DNA from: an uncultured bacterium
GTDB taxonomy: Bacteria > Oederibacteriota > Oederibacteriia > Oederibacteriales > Oederibacteriaceae
DNA length: 64,000 nucleotides
Assembly: GCA_965112635.1 (NCBI GenBank)
Contig: OZ218778.1
Location: 2,510,966-2,574,965 of the forward strand
Direction of reading: 5' to 3'
Shown here: one piece after another, positions 62,223-64,000 of the stretch
How positions within the stretch are numbered: the first letter of the stretch is position 1
How the letters are laid out: each line of letters starts with the position of its first letter
Program-made: the position numbers and the translations under genes
The notes under the pieces: generated by a model
The model's database searches: none
Told to the model about the DNA's origin: nothing
The model's input: only the letters and a program-made list of their open reading frames with translations

Positions 62223-64000
62223 TTAACCCTTGCTCAGGGTCTTTAAATAGTATTTGGCTGTCGAGTTGTTCGGATTGATCTTCAATACGGCCTCCATCTC
62301 GTGGAGGGCCGACGCGGTATCGTGAAGCTTGAGGTACACCAGACCCAGATTTAAATGGCCTTCTTCGTACCCGTCATCGATCGCCAGCGCCGCCTGGAAC
62401 TCATCCCGGCACTTGGGGTACTGTCCCTTGCTCATGAAAGCAACGCCCAAATTGCTGTGGGCATGCGCCTGCTCGTAGACGTTCCCGTACCAGTCCTTAT
62501 CACCGTAGAGCGACTCGGAAAGCAGGTTGATGGCCTGGTCTGTCTGTTTCCTGACCACGGCGACATAACCCTCGTAAGCGTAAGGCACGGCGAACTGGGG
62601 ATACTTGTCGCAGCAATCTTTGCTATAAGCGTAGGCCTCGTCCATCCTGTTCATGCTCATGTAACCGCTGGCCAGGTCCAGGATGAAATAGGCGTTATTG
62701 GGATCCAGGCTGATGGCTTTTTTATAATTGACCTCGGCGTCTGAGAATTTGGATCTGTCAAAGATCTCGGAATAGAATTTCTCCGCCCGGGCCAGGTTGC
62801 TGTAGTTGTAGCCATTGTAGGGATTGAGCCGGATGGTTTCAGCATAAATGTCCATGGCCTTTTGGAGAAATTCCCGGCGGTCGTTGGGTATATAGAGGGC
62901 GGACCGTTCATAGGTCAGCCCCTGCTTGACACGGTAGATCTCCATATACGGGTTCAGTTCCACGGCCCTCTGATGCAGCTGCATGGATTCCCGCAGGTAC
63001 TCTTCCCCGCCATGGCTGAAAAATTCATTGCCCAATTTGTGATAAGCGTCGGCCGTCCAAAAATTCCAGGTGTACTTAAAGCCGAAAAACACCAGGGCCA
63101 AGAAAACCAGGTACACGCCGGTCGTCATGAACCCCTTGGTGAACTTGAGGATATAATGGGTTTTGGGAAGCGGCGCCTCAGGCACATTGGCCACAATGCG
63201 GCTCAAAACTGCGATAATCCCCAAAGCGGTCCAAAACTGCATCCCCAGCGAAACCACCGTAAAACTAAAACAGTTCTGCCATAGGAAAGCCAGCACCAGT
63301 ACCATAAAGGCGAAACACAAATGCTTTTTTTCCATTTCGCGGGTCTTTTTCATGGTCCTCCAGCCCAAGGTGAAAAGGACGGCCAGGATCCACAGGACCA
63401 TCCCCAGTCCCAGCAACCCGCTGGTCGTGGCGGTCTGAAAGAACTCATTGTGGGCCTTTTCCGGGGTGCCGTTCCATTCCACCTTCCAGTAACCCAAAGG
63501 CCTGTATTCCGGGAAGATGATTTGGAAAGTGTCCAGTCCGGTCCCCAGGATGGGATAATCCCGGATGATCTCGCAGGCAGCCGTCCAAATGTACCGCCGG
63601 GGGATCTTGGTCAGGCCGTCGTAGGTCATGGTTTGTTTGAACCGCTGGTTTAGCGCCACCATGCTCGAGGAAAATATGGGCCAGACCGCGAAGAACACGA
63701 AGAGGACCACGGCCATGATGAGCCATTTCCTGTTCTCCTTGAGCAGGGTACCCCGATGGACCGTGTCCCAGACAAAGAAGACGACCCCTCCGACCAGATA
63801 CAGGAAGAAAAAGAATCCCGATGACCTGGTCTCCGTGGTCAGAATGGAAAGCCCCATGATGCCGATGCTCAAACCCAGCAAAAACTTCAAGACGGTCCGG
63901 TGCGTCTGGATGAGCATGACGGCGACAACAGGGACGATCATGATAAGGTAGGCCGCCAGGAACACAGGATTGCCCAGGGTGGAGAAATTGCGGGTCCTGA
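62223..64000 (-). CDS. O-antigen ligase-like (Wzy_C-type) polytopic membrane protein with C-terminal TPR repeats. It is 5'-partial: the reading frame is open to the window end.
   Basis: There are about 10 transmembrane helices followed by TPR-like repeats (ELNPYMEIYRVKQGL...; AISLDPNNAYFILDLASGY...; ALAIDDGYEEGHLNLGLVYLKLHD). There is no in-frame stop between 63965 and 64000, so the listed M corresponds to a GTG inside the longer frame. Confidence 0.6.
   Translation of the reverse strand, partial: RTRNFSTLGNPVFLAAYLIMIVPVVAVMLIQTHRTVLKFLLGLSIGIMGLSILTTETRSSGFFFFLYLVGGVVFFVWDTVHRGTLLKENRKWLIMAVVLFVFFAVWPIFSSSMVALNQRFKQTMTYDGLTKIPRRYIWTAACEIIRDYPILGTGLDTFQIIFPEYRPLGYWKVEWNGTPEKAHNEFFQTATTSGLLGLGMVLWILAVLFTLGWRTMKKTREMEKKHLCFAFMVLVLAFLWQNCFSFTVVSLGMQFWTALGIIAVLSRIVANVPEAPLPKTHYILKFTKGFMTTGVYLVFLALVFFGFKYTWNFWTADAYHKLGNEFFSHGGEEYLRESMQLHQRAVELNPYMEIYRVKQGLTYERSALYIPNDRREFLQKAMDIYAETIRLNPYNGYNYSNLARAEKFYSEIFDRSKFSDAEVNYKKAISLDPNNAYFILDLASGYMSMNRMDEAYAYSKDCCDKYPQFAVPYAYEGYVAVVRKQTDQAINLLSESLYGDKDWYGNVYEQAHAHSNLGVAFMSKGQYPKCRDEFQAALAIDDGYEEGHLNLGLVYLKLHDTASALHEMEAVLKINPNNSTAKYYLKTLSKG

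Noticed and set aside
1-64000. Searched for CRISPR arrays, tRNA/rRNA genes and IS elements or integrases.
   Set aside because: There are no direct-repeat/spacer arrays. No cloverleaf-compatible segments were seen in the intergenic regions of 30 nt or more that I inspected. There are no transposase or integrase-like ORFs. The only regular repeats are the codon-level Thr-rich linker tracts.

Overview
This is a high-GC (about 58%) bacterial chromosomal window with dense coding on both strands. I found no rRNA, tRNA, CRISPR array, transposase or integrase. Antisense ORFs are frequent, which is typical of high-GC DNA, and I treated them as artefacts.

Gene content, left to right:
- A partial ECF-transporter ATPase (duplicated EcfA) followed by EcfT.
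- Three tandem paralogues (about 760 aa each) of an unrecognised cytoplasmic protein family with mosaic near-identity. A YefM/YoeB toxin-antitoxin pair and an LpxL-family lipid A acyltransferase sit between copies 2 and 3.
- Housekeeping and miscellaneous genes: macro-domain protein, HMGL-like aldolase, TruD, NUDIX hydrolase, nucleoside hydrolase, acylphosphatase, Lnt, PurC, RpoZ, NrdR, LpxI, a GH57 branching enzyme, and three TadE/TadG-like pseudopilins.
- Several large putative glycoside hydrolases, including a GH106-like one, a GH127/DUF1680-like one and a DUF4091-like one.
- A complete bacterial microcompartment (BMC) metabolosome locus at about 27.5-36.7 kb: a class II aldolase, an acylating aldehyde dehydrogenase, PduL, acetate kinase, three BMC-H, three BMC-P and one BMC-T shell proteins, a PduS-like Fe-S flavoprotein and a DeoR regulator.
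- Directly beside it, L-rhamnose isomerase (P. stutzeri type), rhamnulokinase, a hypothetical protein and an MFS permease. Together these form a PVM-like fucose/rhamnose to lactaldehyde BMC system.
- A PilZ protein and an ABC-2 exporter.
- A trio of very large secreted proteins (two paralogues of 972 and 996 aa, plus a 1094-aa BNR/Asp-box protein) flanking an AraC regulator. All three carry Thr/Ser/Pro-rich low-complexity linkers and a shared C-terminal sorting domain that resembles a T9SS or FlgD-Ig CTD.
- At the right edge, a partial O-antigen-ligase-like membrane protein with TPR repeats.

Both window edges cut genes. All functional calls rest on recognisable motifs or family resemblance read from the translations. 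Nothing was searched against a database.
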